A stretch of 64,000 nucleotides of DNA from Verrucomicrobiota bacterium (GTDB lineage: Bacteria; Verrucomicrobiota; Verrucomicrobiia; Limisphaerales; JBBRPK01). The translations under genes and the position numbers were made by a program. Positions 47,056 to 57,148 of this stretch are shown here, one piece after another. Under the pieces are notes generated by a model. The model saw only the letters and a list, made by a program, of their open reading frames with translations. It was not told the DNA's origin and did no database searches. The stretch lies in contig JBBRPK010000001.1 of assembly GCA_038228235.1 (NCBI GenBank), positions 613 through 64,612 on the forward strand, written 5' to 3'. The stretch's first letter is position 1; each line of letters begins with the position of its first letter.

Positions 47056-48090
47056 TTATAATTTCCGCCTCGGTGTGATGCGTTCTGACTCCACTTCTTG
47101 ACTTACTAAAGAGACCAACTCGGGACGCAACCAAAACCGCTGGTTTTGAATCTGGTCAGCCAGTTCACCAGTGCGGAACCCGGCGGCCACTGGCACGAGA
47201 TGCCAGCAGGTATCCGCAAAACTTTCTTTATTCGAGTAGCACCCCAATCGAGGATCTTTCAGCACGGGCATGAACTCCATTATTTCCAGCAAAAGCCCAA
47301 TGTTCGCATTTTGCACCTGGGGAAGACTCTCTGGCGGAACAAAGCCCCACGGGAGGGAGTAAACCGGCAGGATTCCTTTCCGCCCGCAATCATCCTTTAA
47401 GGCTTTTAGCCACTGTTTTACGGCCATTGTCAGCGGAATTTTGGGTGGCTCAAGGGGACGGACAGGCAAACGAATGGGAGTTTGCTCCCAGCCGGCGGCA
47501 TCGACTTCGGCCGCAGAATAACGGTAGAGCGGCTTGCCGCTGAAGCATTTCCCAATCAAGGTGAAAAAGTGGAATCCACCCGGATGCAAGGCCAGCACCG
47601 CGTTCAGCCGGGGAAATCTTGGTGCGTCCAGTCCATCCAGCCACTCCGGGTGGCCCATGGCCATGCTGAATTGAATTCCCAAGGAGGGCGGTTCCAAGGA
47701 ATCGGCGAGGAGATCCGGCTCCAGAGCCACCACAAGAGTATCCCCGCGTTTGGCTTGCGAGAAAGCAAACTGGGTTAGCACCCGGGCGCCCATGCCTGCA
47801 CCGAGTCCTGCGTTAACCGCAGGCAGATGGCGCTCGCGCAAAAGGCGTATGGCATCAATCGAAAACAAACAACTCGAACCCCCGTAGATAACAAGCTTCT
47901 TCCCTTCTTCGCGCGTCATCTTCTCAGACCAACTCAGTTTCTTTTCGGCAATTGATTTGAAGAACGCAACTTCCGGATTCAACCAGAATGTGTAAACAAT
48001 GCTCACCCCCAGCGCCAGACCAGCCAGGCAAAGAAGCAACGCCATGAGTCGTGGGACTTGGGTCTTAGAAAGCAAAATAGATGAACGCAT
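47056..48090 (-). CDS. membrane-anchored hypothetical protein, putative SGNH/AlgX-DltD-like partner of the MBOAT acyltransferase
   Basis: 344 aa with an N-terminal anchor. LVIYGGSSCLFSID (possible block-I Ser) and C-terminal FADTCWHL (Asp/His pair). Overlaps the MBOAT 3' end by 26 nt, or sits 19 nt after it if ATG 48045 is used. Confidence 0.4.
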   Translation of the reverse strand: MRSSILLSKTQVPRLMALLLCLAGLALGVSIVYTFWLNPEVAFFKSIAEKKLSWSEKMTREEGKKLVIYGGSSCLFSIDAIRLLRERHLPAVNAGLGAGMGARVLTQFAFSQAKRGDTLVVALEPDLLADSLEPPSLGIQFSMAMGHPEWLDGLDAPRFPRLNAVLALHPGGFHFFTLIGKCFSGKPLYRYSAAEVDAAGWEQTPIRLPVRPLEPPKIPLTMAVKQWLKALKDDCGRKGILPVYSLPWGFVPPESLPQVQNANIGLLLEIMEFMPVLKDPRLGCYSNKESFADTCWHLVPVAAGFRTGELADQIQNQRFWLRPELVSLVSQEVESERITPRRKL

Positions 48091-49468
48091 TCTTTTTTCC
48101 GGCGGCGAGCACCATCGTCATGATTACGAGAAGACCAGCGATCCAAGGCTTGCGAAAATAATGGTACGGCTCGTGGCCTCTGGCAATCGACTGCCATTCC
48201 GCCACCGCGGTAAGGAGTGTCAATGCCAGGAAGCAGACCATCACGAAGCCACTTGGTGTTCGCAAGTTCGAAATCGCCTCTGCCAGGGCCGACAAATTGT
48301 AAGCTTTGGGTGTTCCCAAGGCGGCGAGCTTCGCAAGAAGCTTGCGCGTATTGGTTTCGTAAAAGCACAGCCACGCAAAAAAGGCGGCTAGTATGGTCAA
48401 CCCCCAGCCCAGCATTCGCGGCAAGTGTACACTTGGGCCGAGCAGGCGATTCAAGATTAGGAAGAGGCCGTGCATGGCCCCCCATAAAAGAAAGTTCCAG
48501 CCCGCCCCGTGCCAAATCCCAGAGATGATAAAGACCAGCATGACGTTGAAAAGCCACCAACCGACGCGCCCACCCCCCAGTGGGATGTAAAGATAATCTC
48601 GGAACCATTGACTGAGGGTGATGTGCCAGCGTCGCCAGAACTCGATGATACTGGTGGAACTGTAAGGGCTGGCAAAATTCAGGGTCAGTCTGATTCCGAG
48701 ACATCGAGCCAAACCGATCGCGATCAAACTGTACCCAGCAAAATCATAATAAATGCGGAGGCCAAACAATAAATTGGCCAGCCAGATTAGATAAGCGTTG
48801 GTTGCGGAAACCGGGCTGAAATAGCTGGCCAGGTTATCAGCCAGACAACATTTGAAAAATAATCCGGTCACGATCCAAGTCGCCCCTTCATCCAGGTTCC
48901 CTGGTTGCCAGGAAAAGCCGAATCGTTCCATCTGGGGCAGCAAATCCTTTCGTCGCTCAATCGGGCCAGCGACAATCTGCGGGAAGAACCCGGCAAAATT
49001 GAGATAATCCAGAAACCGTGGAAGCGGTTGGTTGAAAGCCAGGGTATCGATGACGAAAGCAACCTTTTGAAAAGTGTAAAAGGAAATCCCCACCGGAATC
49101 AGCAGATGCCGAAACGACGCAATTCCCAACTGGAAAACACCATTGGCCACAAAGTCGGCATACTTGTAATAGAACAAGGGCGCTAATTGGATGGGGATGA
49201 GAAGCAGAAGGTAACGCGCCCGTGCCCGGCCTTCAAAGTGCAACAACCATTTCAGTCCAAAATAAGTTCCCACCGCCACAAGCAAGAAAATGAGGCAAGT
49301 AACCCAACTAACTGCGAGCAGGAGAATCCAACCGAGCAAGAGCAGTCCGATCCGATCGAAGGTTCCCAACCGGGCTGGGAACCACCGAGAAACGAGGGTT
49401 CGAAAAAGAAATATCGCGGCAAGCGCGGACAGAAGAATCTCCCAAAAAGGCAACTCTGCGAAATTCAT
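48065..49468 (-). CDS. MBOAT-family O-acyltransferase (AlgI/DltB/PatA-like)
   Basis: 467 aa polytopic protein. Hallmark FWRRWHITLSQWFRDYLYIPLGG with the conserved His. Confidence 0.85.
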   Translation of the reverse strand: MNFAELPFWEILLSALAAIFLFRTLVSRWFPARLGTFDRIGLLLLGWILLLAVSWVTCLIFLLVAVGTYFGLKWLLHFEGRARARYLLLLIPIQLAPLFYYKYADFVANGVFQLGIASFRHLLIPVGISFYTFQKVAFVIDTLAFNQPLPRFLDYLNFAGFFPQIVAGPIERRKDLLPQMERFGFSWQPGNLDEGATWIVTGLFFKCCLADNLASYFSPVSATNAYLIWLANLLFGLRIYYDFAGYSLIAIGLARCLGIRLTLNFASPYSSTSIIEFWRRWHITLSQWFRDYLYIPLGGGRVGWWLFNVMLVFIISGIWHGAGWNFLLWGAMHGLFLILNRLLGPSVHLPRMLGWGLTILAAFFAWLCFYETNTRKLLAKLAALGTPKAYNLSALAEAISNLRTPSGFVMVCFLALTLLTAVAEWQSIARGHEPYHYFRKPWIAGLLVIMTMVLAAGKKNAFIYFAF

Positions 49469-49663
49469 ATCGCCAACCGCGAGTTCAACTGACTCATGCT
49501 TTCAACGTATCATTTAGAGTAATTCACTCCGCGAAGCCAGTCACGCACAAATCCAAACGGAGACGCGGATTGCTAAGGCTTGTCTCTGATCTTATCGGTT
49601 GGAAATTGACCAGACCGAAGGCATTGATACATTTGAGGTGTTTTTGCGTATTTAGTTATAACC

Positions 49664-50485
49664 ATGAGCCGCCCTATTTTCACTATTGTGACGCCGACGT
49701 TGAATTGTGGCCGCTTCCTCTCGCGCAATTTCTCCTCCATTCAATCCCAGGGCCTGCCTGCCGAGGAGGTTGAACATTGGGTGATCGACGGCGGCTCCAC
49801 CGATGGCACGGTGGAGCGGTTGAGGGAGCAAACAATCGCTCATTACATCTCAGAAAAGGACCGCGGGCTCTCCGACGCAGTCAATAAAGGCCTTCTCCGG
49901 GCGACCGGCGAGTGGATCATCTGGCTGAACGCCGACGACGAGCTCGCGCCTCGAGCGTTATTTGCTTTTAAAGATGCGGTCCGCGAATATCCGGGAGTTT
50001 TTTTGTTTTGTGGCCGGCAGGAGGTGTTGCGCTACGATGGCAGCTCGGAAATAATCACCGAGAGCTGGGATTATAACCTCAAGGACCTGTTAGGCGCGCG
50101 CACCGCGATCCTGCAGGCATCCACCTTCGTCCATCGCTCGGTTTACGAGAAGGTGGGCTTGCTGGATCTCAGTTTTCGTTATGCCATGGATTATGAATGG
50201 ACCGTCCGGGCTGCCCACCACTTTCGATGCCAGCCACTGTCGGCAGTGTTGAGCCGCTACCATCGGCGGGCGGGGTCGATCATGGATGCCCACATCGCTG
50301 ACCAGTTCAGGGAATTCCTGCGAGTGCGGCGCCAGCGCAAACAAAGCTATTTTGATCGAGCTGAGTGGCGAATCCGATTTTACCTGCTCACGGAGCCGTT
50401 GCGGCGGAGCCATCTGCGCAGGGCCGTTCGGCAAATTAAAAAATGGTTCGGCCAGGAGCCGACCCATCCGATGTCGCCAGGCTGA
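49664..50485 (+). CDS. family-2 glycosyltransferase
   Basis: FTIVTPTLNCGRFL, IDGGSTDGT, WLNADDE (DxD). Confidence 0.85.
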   Translation: MSRPIFTIVTPTLNCGRFLSRNFSSIQSQGLPAEEVEHWVIDGGSTDGTVERLREQTIAHYISEKDRGLSDAVNKGLLRATGEWIIWLNADDELAPRALFAFKDAVREYPGVFLFCGRQEVLRYDGSSEIITESWDYNLKDLLGARTAILQASTFVHRSVYEKVGLLDLSFRYAMDYEWTVRAAHHFRCQPLSAVLSRYHRRAGSIMDAHIADQFREFLRVRRQRKQSYFDRAEWRIRFYLLTEPLRRSHLRRAVRQIKKWFGQEPTHPMSPG

Positions 50486-50490
50486 TCCAA

Positions 50491-51570
50491 ATGATCTCCC
50501 AACCGCTGAGGGTGCTCCATGTTGTGAGTGGGATTGAAGATCGAGGCGGCGTCATGGCCTTTGTCTCCCGCCTTGCAGAGGAAGATCAGGCAGGCGTGGA
50601 AAACCTGGTTTGGAAACATCGCGACTTTAAGCCTCGCGGAACAGCTCATTACGTGTGCCAGGGCATAGTCCGTTTGACGGATCTGAATTTGCGCAGCGAT
50701 ATTTTTGGCGCTTTCCGGGAGGCCGTCCCGCTGATCCGCTGGGTTCGAGGACAGGAGCGGCTCCTTCTCCATGCGCACAGCCGATTGGGCATCTTTGCCA
50801 GCTTTTTCGCCAGCCTCCTGACGAGGACTCCTCTGATGATGCACTTCCACGCCTTAGCCAGCCGGCCTTGGTTTTATCGGATCTTGTGGCAGCTTTGTCG
50901 GGCTCAGCCGGTTTTTAATTCGAGCAAAACGTGCCGGCACTTTGGAGAAGACCCTGCCAGGAGTCTCGTCATTATGCCGCCCCTCGCGTGGCCCAACCAG
51001 GCTCAGGCAACGAGGGTCGAGAGGACTCGCTTCATAGCTTGTGGGGCTTTTGTGCGTGGAAAACACTTCGATCTACTGCTGCGGGCTTTCCAACAACTCT
51101 GGCAGGAACAAAAGGCTGCCGAGTTGCACATTTATGGGGTTTCCACTAAACCGGCCGATGCCGTCTGTCAGAGAGAAATCGTCGCATTCGCCCAAAACAA
51201 TCCGGCCGTTCATCTGCATGAATGGGATCCTCACTGGTCGGAGTATCTGGATGCAACGGATATTTTCGTTCACCTTGGTCTGCCCGAATCTTTTGGGATG
51301 GTGATTTTGGAAGCCTTTGCCAGGGGTTGCAAACTGGTCGTATTGCGCGACACCTTTTTGGAGGATCTGGCCCAGCCTTTGGACAGCACGGGGATATATG
51401 CAGCCGACACGCTTTCACCCGCGGCGGTGGCTTTGCGCATGAAGGAAGCGAGCTGTTACAAACCGGCGGTTGCCAGCCTCTGGGAACTCAGACGGGCGGC
51501 CAGTCCATTGTTTTCGCCAGAAGAAAGCCGGACCACGCTGGCTGGAGCTTATGCCAGGTTAAAAGATTGA
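50491..51570 (+). CDS. GT-B (family 4-like) glycosyltransferase
   Basis: Start at ATG 50491 (LRVLHVVSGI...). C-terminal ESFGMVILEAFARGCKLVV is the GT4 EX7E-type region. Confidence 0.75.
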   Translation: MISQPLRVLHVVSGIEDRGGVMAFVSRLAEEDQAGVENLVWKHRDFKPRGTAHYVCQGIVRLTDLNLRSDIFGAFREAVPLIRWVRGQERLLLHAHSRLGIFASFFASLLTRTPLMMHFHALASRPWFYRILWQLCRAQPVFNSSKTCRHFGEDPARSLVIMPPLAWPNQAQATRVERTRFIACGAFVRGKHFDLLLRAFQQLWQEQKAAELHIYGVSTKPADAVCQREIVAFAQNNPAVHLHEWDPHWSEYLDATDIFVHLGLPESFGMVILEAFARGCKLVVLRDTFLEDLAQPLDSTGIYAADTLSPAAVALRMKEASCYKPAVASLWELRRAASPLFSPEESRTTLAGAYARLKD

Positions 51571-51666
51571 GTCAATTTGCCCCGCTTTTTGTCCGATGGA
51601 AATGACTAGAAAGCTGATTTGCTGTTTGAATATGCCCAAAAGCCAGAGAGAATTGGATACTTAAAG

Positions 51667-53181
51667 ATGATGCCGCGCCAAATCCAAGCCATCTTCGTCG
51701 CGCTGATCATCCTGCTCGGCTCGCTCTTCGTCGGCCACGCGGTGGCGGCGGGCGATTACTATCTTCTGATCCTGCTGATGGTCTTCCTCCCGGTCGGCAT
51801 TGCGGCCGTCATCGTCCCGGGGTACGAGTTCTTTCTGGCCTTTGGACTGCTCTGTCCGTTCGCCTTTCCCATCCCCTTCGTGTATCAATTCCCACTTTTC
51901 GGATTAATTCTAGGCTTTTGTTGTTTTAAGTTAGCTTTTAGCCGGGGCATGGACAAAACGCGGATTGATTACCAAAATGCTTTTAACCTGGTCACGATCG
52001 TCTTCTTCATGTGGGTGGTAGTTCGGTATTGTATGAACCCGGTACGGCCAGGGGTCGCCATCGGAACCGGTACGAGCGTTACCGGCTTTCGTGCTTACCT
52101 GAGTTATGGTATTTGTTTCGCGCTGGTAATGAGTCTCGGCTGGTTCCTGCGCGACCGGGTTGCCGTTGCGAGGCTTATCAAATGGATGGGAGTCGTTTCC
52201 ATCTGCTTCGTCGCCTTATTTATCCCGCTTACTTTTAGCAAGAGTTTGGCAATCGCAACAATGCTGATGCCTTTTGGCTTGAATATAAGCTTCTTCGACA
52301 ATGGCTGGCTTCGCTTTGTCACTTTGCCTGGCTTTGGTCTCATTCTGGTAATTTTAAGCCTTCTGCCTAACTTGTTTCCTGTCCGCCGAAGTTGGCGGAT
52401 CGTTTTGTTTTGCGTTGGGATTCTAGCCATCCTGATGGGCGGGAATCGCAGTTCGGTCGGGATGGCGTTTGTTGCAGTATTGACGCTGACCCTTATCCGC
52501 CGCGGGATGGGCGCTTTCCTCGGGGTTTCCGCTGCGATGGCCATTTGTTTGCTGACCTTCAATTATCTCGGCCAAAATCTTAAATTCGAGAAGGGGGTTG
52601 GTTTCTTCCGCGTCCTGGCGCTGGTCAGCGACAGAGTTGCACGAGAAACTGAGGCGGGAGCCACCTACCAATGGCGGCAAGTGCGCTGGGAACTGGCAAT
52701 GTTTGATGTGCGCAAACACCCCTGGATGGGCGTGGGCTATGGAGGGTTGGGGTCTGCATACGCTTTCGCAATTGCTGAGGGCTACGAGCAAAACAATGCC
52801 GAAATCGACGTGGCAGCCGGCTCCATCCATAATGGCTTTCTGGCAGGGGCCCGCGCTTTCGGCGTCCCTTTTTGCCTGCTGTTCATCTGGATTATCGGCA
52901 GTCGAATATTTGTTCATTTCAGGGAGAGCATGCGCCAGCGGGAGCGCGATCCATTCAGGAGCGACTTGCACGGATTTGTTCTGGCTAATATGATCACTCT
53001 CCCCATCGCCATCTACTTTGGCTCAGACTTAAACGGAGCGTATGTTTGGTTTTACATCGCCCTCGGTTTTATCGTTTCCAAGCTAAAAACTCCCGAGGCA
53101 GCGGCAGCAGTGGCGGTGGCAAACCAGCCTGAAACCCAACTTCCCTCCCCACCTGGAAGATTCGGTCCTGCGCCCGGTTGA
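51667..53181 (+). CDS. O-antigen polymerase/ligase-family (Wzy-like) membrane protein
   Basis: About 12 TM. Wzy_C-like segment ILAILMGGNRSSVGMAFVAV and a large periplasmic loop with WRQVRWELAMFDVRKHPWMGVGYGG. Confidence 0.7.
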   Translation: MMPRQIQAIFVALIILLGSLFVGHAVAAGDYYLLILLMVFLPVGIAAVIVPGYEFFLAFGLLCPFAFPIPFVYQFPLFGLILGFCCFKLAFSRGMDKTRIDYQNAFNLVTIVFFMWVVVRYCMNPVRPGVAIGTGTSVTGFRAYLSYGICFALVMSLGWFLRDRVAVARLIKWMGVVSICFVALFIPLTFSKSLAIATMLMPFGLNISFFDNGWLRFVTLPGFGLILVILSLLPNLFPVRRSWRIVLFCVGILAILMGGNRSSVGMAFVAVLTLTLIRRGMGAFLGVSAAMAICLLTFNYLGQNLKFEKGVGFFRVLALVSDRVARETEAGATYQWRQVRWELAMFDVRKHPWMGVGYGGLGSAYAFAIAEGYEQNNAEIDVAAGSIHNGFLAGARAFGVPFCLLFIWIIGSRIFVHFRESMRQRERDPFRSDLHGFVLANMITLPIAIYFGSDLNGAYVWFYIALGFIVSKLKTPEAAAAVAVANQPETQLPSPPGRFGPAPG

Positions 53182-53295
53182 TAAGGGTTTTCACGAAGGA
53201 ATCTCGGAGAGTTTTCTATGGGCAAGCCCTGCCTACGTTAGCAGACCTTCGCCCGAAAGGCAGGAAGCAATCCGTTCTATTCGTCTCCATTCCCT

Positions 53296-54324
53296 TCACT
53301 TGGCGAGGCTCGTGTAGATGCCTTGCAGCCTCCGGGCCACTTCCCGCCATGTATAATCACGCGATAAATCAGTGGGTTGACCGTTCTCCCAGCTTTGCTT
53401 CAAGGCGGCTGCGACCTCCTCTGGGTCTGGCGAGGCGACGGCAGGTAAACCGCGAAAAAGGGCATCCTTCACATACGGAGCCTGAAGCAGCAGGATCGGT
53501 TTCCGCGCGGCCATGGCCTGCATGACGCTGAGCGGTTGTGTTTCGGCCGAACTGAACAGGGCGAACATCCGACAAGCCGCATACGCCGAAACCAGCAGAG
53601 CATCTTCATTGCGCAAATGTTGCATCCAGCACCCGCCAAAGACCTCATTCGCTTTGGCTGCGACAGCTACCTCCTCTGCGTAGGCGCCCTCGCCCGGAAG
53701 GACCGGCCCTATCAGCACCACTGGGAATCGCAATCGGTTGCAGACCTCCAACAACAGGAGTTGATTTTTCCTGCGTTGCAACGCTCCCACGCACAACACG
53801 AAGGGCTGCTGTCCAAATTCCCTTCTCCATGGCTCCGGGGACGCCTGAAAAAAGCTCTCGCCGACCCCGTTGCGCACGACCAGGACTCGGCTCGGATCCA
53901 GCGCATAAATCACCCGTGCCGCTTCCGCATCCGATTCGGTGATGGTGATGATGAGGGCAGCCTTCATGATTGAGTCGTAGCGCTGGTGGCGGCGCAGTAG
54001 TTGTGAGTTGACCAACTGCCGTGCCCGCGCCAGCCAAGTCCGCGCCGGATCGCATCCGCTTCCGAACAGCATCGTCAGCACATAGGGTCGTCCCGCTTGC
54101 CGGAGTAATTCGGTAATCCGGGACAAATAAGGCGGGAAGCCGATGAAATGATAAAGATCGGCCAGCGGCTGGCGCATTGACCAGTTGAATAATTCAGTGG
54201 TTACCTCTCCTTTGAGTTCCGCCAGTGCCCGATAGGTTTCTTCGGCCTGCACTTGAAGACCGCCCGTCATCAAGCTCGCAGGATATTCAGGGACAATGCA
54301 GACGTGCCTAACCCCTGCTTTCAT
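53296..54324 (-). CDS. GT-B (family 4-like) glycosyltransferase
   Basis: GALQRRKNQLLLLEV, VVLIGP, and LFSSAETQPLSVMQAMAARKPILL (EX7E-like). Start overlaps the upstream stop as ATGA. Confidence 0.75.
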   Translation of the reverse strand: MKAGVRHVCIVPEYPASLMTGGLQVQAEETYRALAELKGEVTTELFNWSMRQPLADLYHFIGFPPYLSRITELLRQAGRPYVLTMLFGSGCDPARTWLARARQLVNSQLLRRHQRYDSIMKAALIITITESDAEAARVIYALDPSRVLVVRNGVGESFFQASPEPWRREFGQQPFVLCVGALQRRKNQLLLLEVCNRLRFPVVLIGPVLPGEGAYAEEVAVAAKANEVFGGCWMQHLRNEDALLVSAYAACRMFALFSSAETQPLSVMQAMAARKPILLLQAPYVKDALFRGLPAVASPDPEEVAAALKQSWENGQPTDLSRDYTWREVARRLQGIYTSLAK

Positions 54325-55115
54325 TTGATTCTTTGAAAGACGCGATTATGACCCGTGGAAAAAATCTCCTCAAACTCCCTGGCGTCAATTTCGCGGGCCA
54401 CCCGTGATGGTCCAGGGTGCCCTGCGGTAGCGAAACACGGAGGCTGATACTCCGTCTCCAATGCAGAGTCGTCCAACACAATTATTCCATGCGGCGCCAA
54501 AGCATGGCTGCACAGCGCCCAATCCGCTTTGGCAATCTCGTAATCGTGGTTGCCGTCAATATAAATGACATCCCAAAGCCGTTGCGAAATAAACGTCTTT
54601 GCCTCGGGGTCGGTGGAAAAATAGCGGCAAAACTCCGGAAAGGACAGTTCAAAACAGGCATGGTTTTTTCGCACATCTTCGAAATAATCGATCTGTTCCT
54701 CGTAGCGGCTTACCGAATCGCCCGCAGGGGTGCAGGGAGAAACGCAACCCACCTCGCAGTCAAACCCGAAGTGTCGGCTCAACAACTTCCATAGCGTCAC
54801 CGTTTGGCCTCGGTAAACGCCAATTTCCAACGCGCGCTTCGGCTTAAACTCTTGAAATACCAGGAACCACATCGCGTGAAAGGCGTCTTCGCCAAAGCCA
54901 CGTCGGTTCTGGGTAAAATAGCGGCGATGTTCCCGGATCGCCTGGCGAAGAAAATGATCAAAGTAATAGACACAATAAAAATATTGCTCGTTCCGCGAAA
55001 GCTTAAGTTGACGCAATTCGCGCAGGGTCAGAGATTGTTTTAACCTCCGATCAAGCTGAAACGCGTGGTATCTCCTGCTCAAGGAAACCCGGAGTTTTTG
55101 CCGAAGACCACCCAT
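54321..55115 (-). CDS. class-I SAM-dependent methyltransferase (Methyltransf_24/CmcI-like)
   Basis: ALEIGVYRGQTVTLW (SAM motif I-like) and IYIDGNHDYEIAKADWALCSHALAPHGIIVLDD. Start at ATG 55115, 4 nt after the upstream stop. Confidence 0.65.
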   Translation of the reverse strand: MGGLRQKLRVSLSRRYHAFQLDRRLKQSLTLRELRQLKLSRNEQYFYCVYYFDHFLRQAIREHRRYFTQNRRGFGEDAFHAMWFLVFQEFKPKRALEIGVYRGQTVTLWKLLSRHFGFDCEVGCVSPCTPAGDSVSRYEEQIDYFEDVRKNHACFELSFPEFCRYFSTDPEAKTFISQRLWDVIYIDGNHDYEIAKADWALCSHALAPHGIIVLDDSALETEYQPPCFATAGHPGPSRVAREIDAREFEEIFSTGHNRVFQRIK

Positions 55116-55119
55116 GATT

Positions 55120-56355
55120 TTATATTGTGCTCGACACCATTTTGGGTTTGCGTTCGCTGCAGCCGGCGAGGATTGCTCGCAAATACGCCGGTGAATGCAG
55201 TCGCCCAATCACCGCTTCATAACGCTGCATGAGTTCTATCGTATCGTTCCGGTCGATCTCGTGCAAGACACGTTTCAGTTGTGGCAGCGAATTGGCGTGG
55301 AAGTGAAGCCCGTTCTCAGTAAAGTAGCGGGGAAGGGAGGCGTAGGAAGGCCCATAGACCAGGATTGGCCGCCCCACCAGGAAGGCGGCGACGAGCTTGC
55401 TTGGGAAGGAAGTGGTCACCATTACCCGGACTTCCTCGGCGAAACTATAAGGCACAACGACGGCCCAGGACTCGCGTAAACGGCACTGGAACTCTTCATC
55501 CCCGGCTCGGAATCGCACTTCCACATGCGCCGAGGGCCCCAATTGCTCTTCGATATAAGCCGGACTGCTATAAGTCAGGAACAGCAAGCGGAGCTGGAAA
55601 ACATTCTTGTCCGAATTCCACGCTTCGATGGCCCGCAAGACGTCTTTCAGCGCACCGAGATAGAGTGGATTAACGGCGCCAACGAACGCGATGCTGCGCA
55701 CGTCCGGTTGCTGCGGCCGAAAAGGTTGGTGCGCAACAGGCAATTGTGGAACGGGAATAGGCAACCATTGGGCCGCGGCGCCGTACTTTCGATGTAAATG
55801 TTCGGCATAGCCCGGACTGATCGTGAATACTCGCTGGGCGCTACGCAGAACTTTAGGCTCCAGTAGGCGCGCAAGCCAGGCGACGAGCGGCTGCCGCGCC
55901 AGGCGAGCAGACTCCTCCAAGTCATCTACCAGGTAGATATCAAGCGGGAGTCTGCACCAACAACTCAGCAAATAAACCACAATTAAGAACCATGGATCGG
56001 CTCCAAAAATGGCAAATACCCGCTCCGCTCCGCTCTCACGGATTCGAGCGGCCAAACGAGGCAGGGCCGTTAAAAAAATCAACACTTCGAGGAAGGATTT
56101 CAACGCGGCAGCTTTTCGCGGCCAGCGAATCCCCGAGAGGTCTGGATAAAAAGCTACTGGAGCACTCAAGTCCCCGGCGATCTTTTCCAACCCCAGAGCC
56201 GGATTCAAACGGTGCGTGATGACCAATTTGATTTCAGCTCCTGCCATTTCGAGCCAGTTCCACGCCAATACATGACACCCATGTCCCCCCTCCTTCAGGG
56301 GGGGGGCGTCCGTTAGCAGCACGTAGCGTGGAAAAGGGGGCTCAGCGATGCTCAT
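55120..56355 (-). CDS. GT-B-fold glycosyltransferase
   Basis: 411 aa. The C-terminal half, FPSKLVAAFLVGRPILVYGP, is typical of GT1/GT4-fold enzymes. The N-terminal half is divergent. Confidence 0.55.
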   Translation of the reverse strand: MSIAEPPFPRYVLLTDAPPLKEGGHGCHVLAWNWLEMAGAEIKLVITHRLNPALGLEKIAGDLSAPVAFYPDLSGIRWPRKAAALKSFLEVLIFLTALPRLAARIRESGAERVFAIFGADPWFLIVVYLLSCWCRLPLDIYLVDDLEESARLARQPLVAWLARLLEPKVLRSAQRVFTISPGYAEHLHRKYGAAAQWLPIPVPQLPVAHQPFRPQQPDVRSIAFVGAVNPLYLGALKDVLRAIEAWNSDKNVFQLRLLFLTYSSPAYIEEQLGPSAHVEVRFRAGDEEFQCRLRESWAVVVPYSFAEEVRVMVTTSFPSKLVAAFLVGRPILVYGPSYASLPRYFTENGLHFHANSLPQLKRVLHEIDRNDTIELMQRYEAVIGRLHSPAYLRAILAGCSERKPKMVSSTI

Positions 56356-56379
56356 TTAAAACTGTGCGAGTGTCTGGGA

Positions 56380-57096
56380 TTATTTCCACGCACAAATATA
56401 GATCGAGGGATTCAGGTAACGAATCTCTTCCCGAACGGCCGCCCGGATCACCATGCGCAACAGGCGTTGGGAGAACTTCATCAGCGGGACCTTGAGCCAA
56501 CGGTGGCGCTCCAGCATCGCCAGGCTTTCATCCACGAACTCCACTCGTTGAAAGCCCGCCATCTGGAGCAGCACCCGCGTCGCAATCGTCGTGTAGGCCC
56601 AGACATGCGTGATGTCATTGAACAGGTTTCGCCCCACGAATGGGCTGTCCCCATTGGGTGCGCGCATTATCAGCCGACCCCCGGACGCCAGGGTGCGGTG
56701 GCTCTCCTCCAGGAATCGGATTAAGACGTCTTTGGGAAGGTGCTCAATAAAATCGATGGCTATCAAGCAGTCCCATGTTTTCTGTGAATGTTTTTTGAGT
56801 TCTTCCAGAGAATCACCCAGAACCACCTCCAGCCCTGCGGAGCGCGCGAGGTCAATCTGGGGCTGGGACGAATCACTGCCCGCGAGATGGGTATAGCCCG
56901 CACGTTTTAGATAACGCAGCATGACGCCGGGTCCGCAAGCGACTTCATAAATCGAGGAGTTTCGATTCGAGGGCAACCAACCAGGGAGAAGGCAATCATA
57001 TGCGCCGGACATCGAGTCTGTCAGAGCTTCCACATCTGCGGCTGAGTTCAATCCGCGAGCTTGCGCCTGATAATCATAATAGCCATGGCCGCTCAT
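56380..57096 (-). CDS. class-I SAM-dependent methyltransferase
   Basis: SIYEVACGPGVMLRYL (motif I, GxGxG-like), DCLIAIDFIEHL, GGRLIMRAPN. Start at ATG 57096. Confidence 0.75.
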   Translation of the reverse strand: MSGHGYYDYQAQARGLNSAADVEALTDSMSGAYDCLLPGWLPSNRNSSIYEVACGPGVMLRYLKRAGYTHLAGSDSSQPQIDLARSAGLEVVLGDSLEELKKHSQKTWDCLIAIDFIEHLPKDVLIRFLEESHRTLASGGRLIMRAPNGDSPFVGRNLFNDITHVWAYTTIATRVLLQMAGFQRVEFVDESLAMLERHRWLKVPLMKFSQRLLRMVIRAAVREEIRYLNPSIYICAWK

Positions 57097-57148
57097 AGGC
57101 CTCGATAGTGACGGTCCGGAATCGTCGTGAACGAAAATAAGTCGCACT

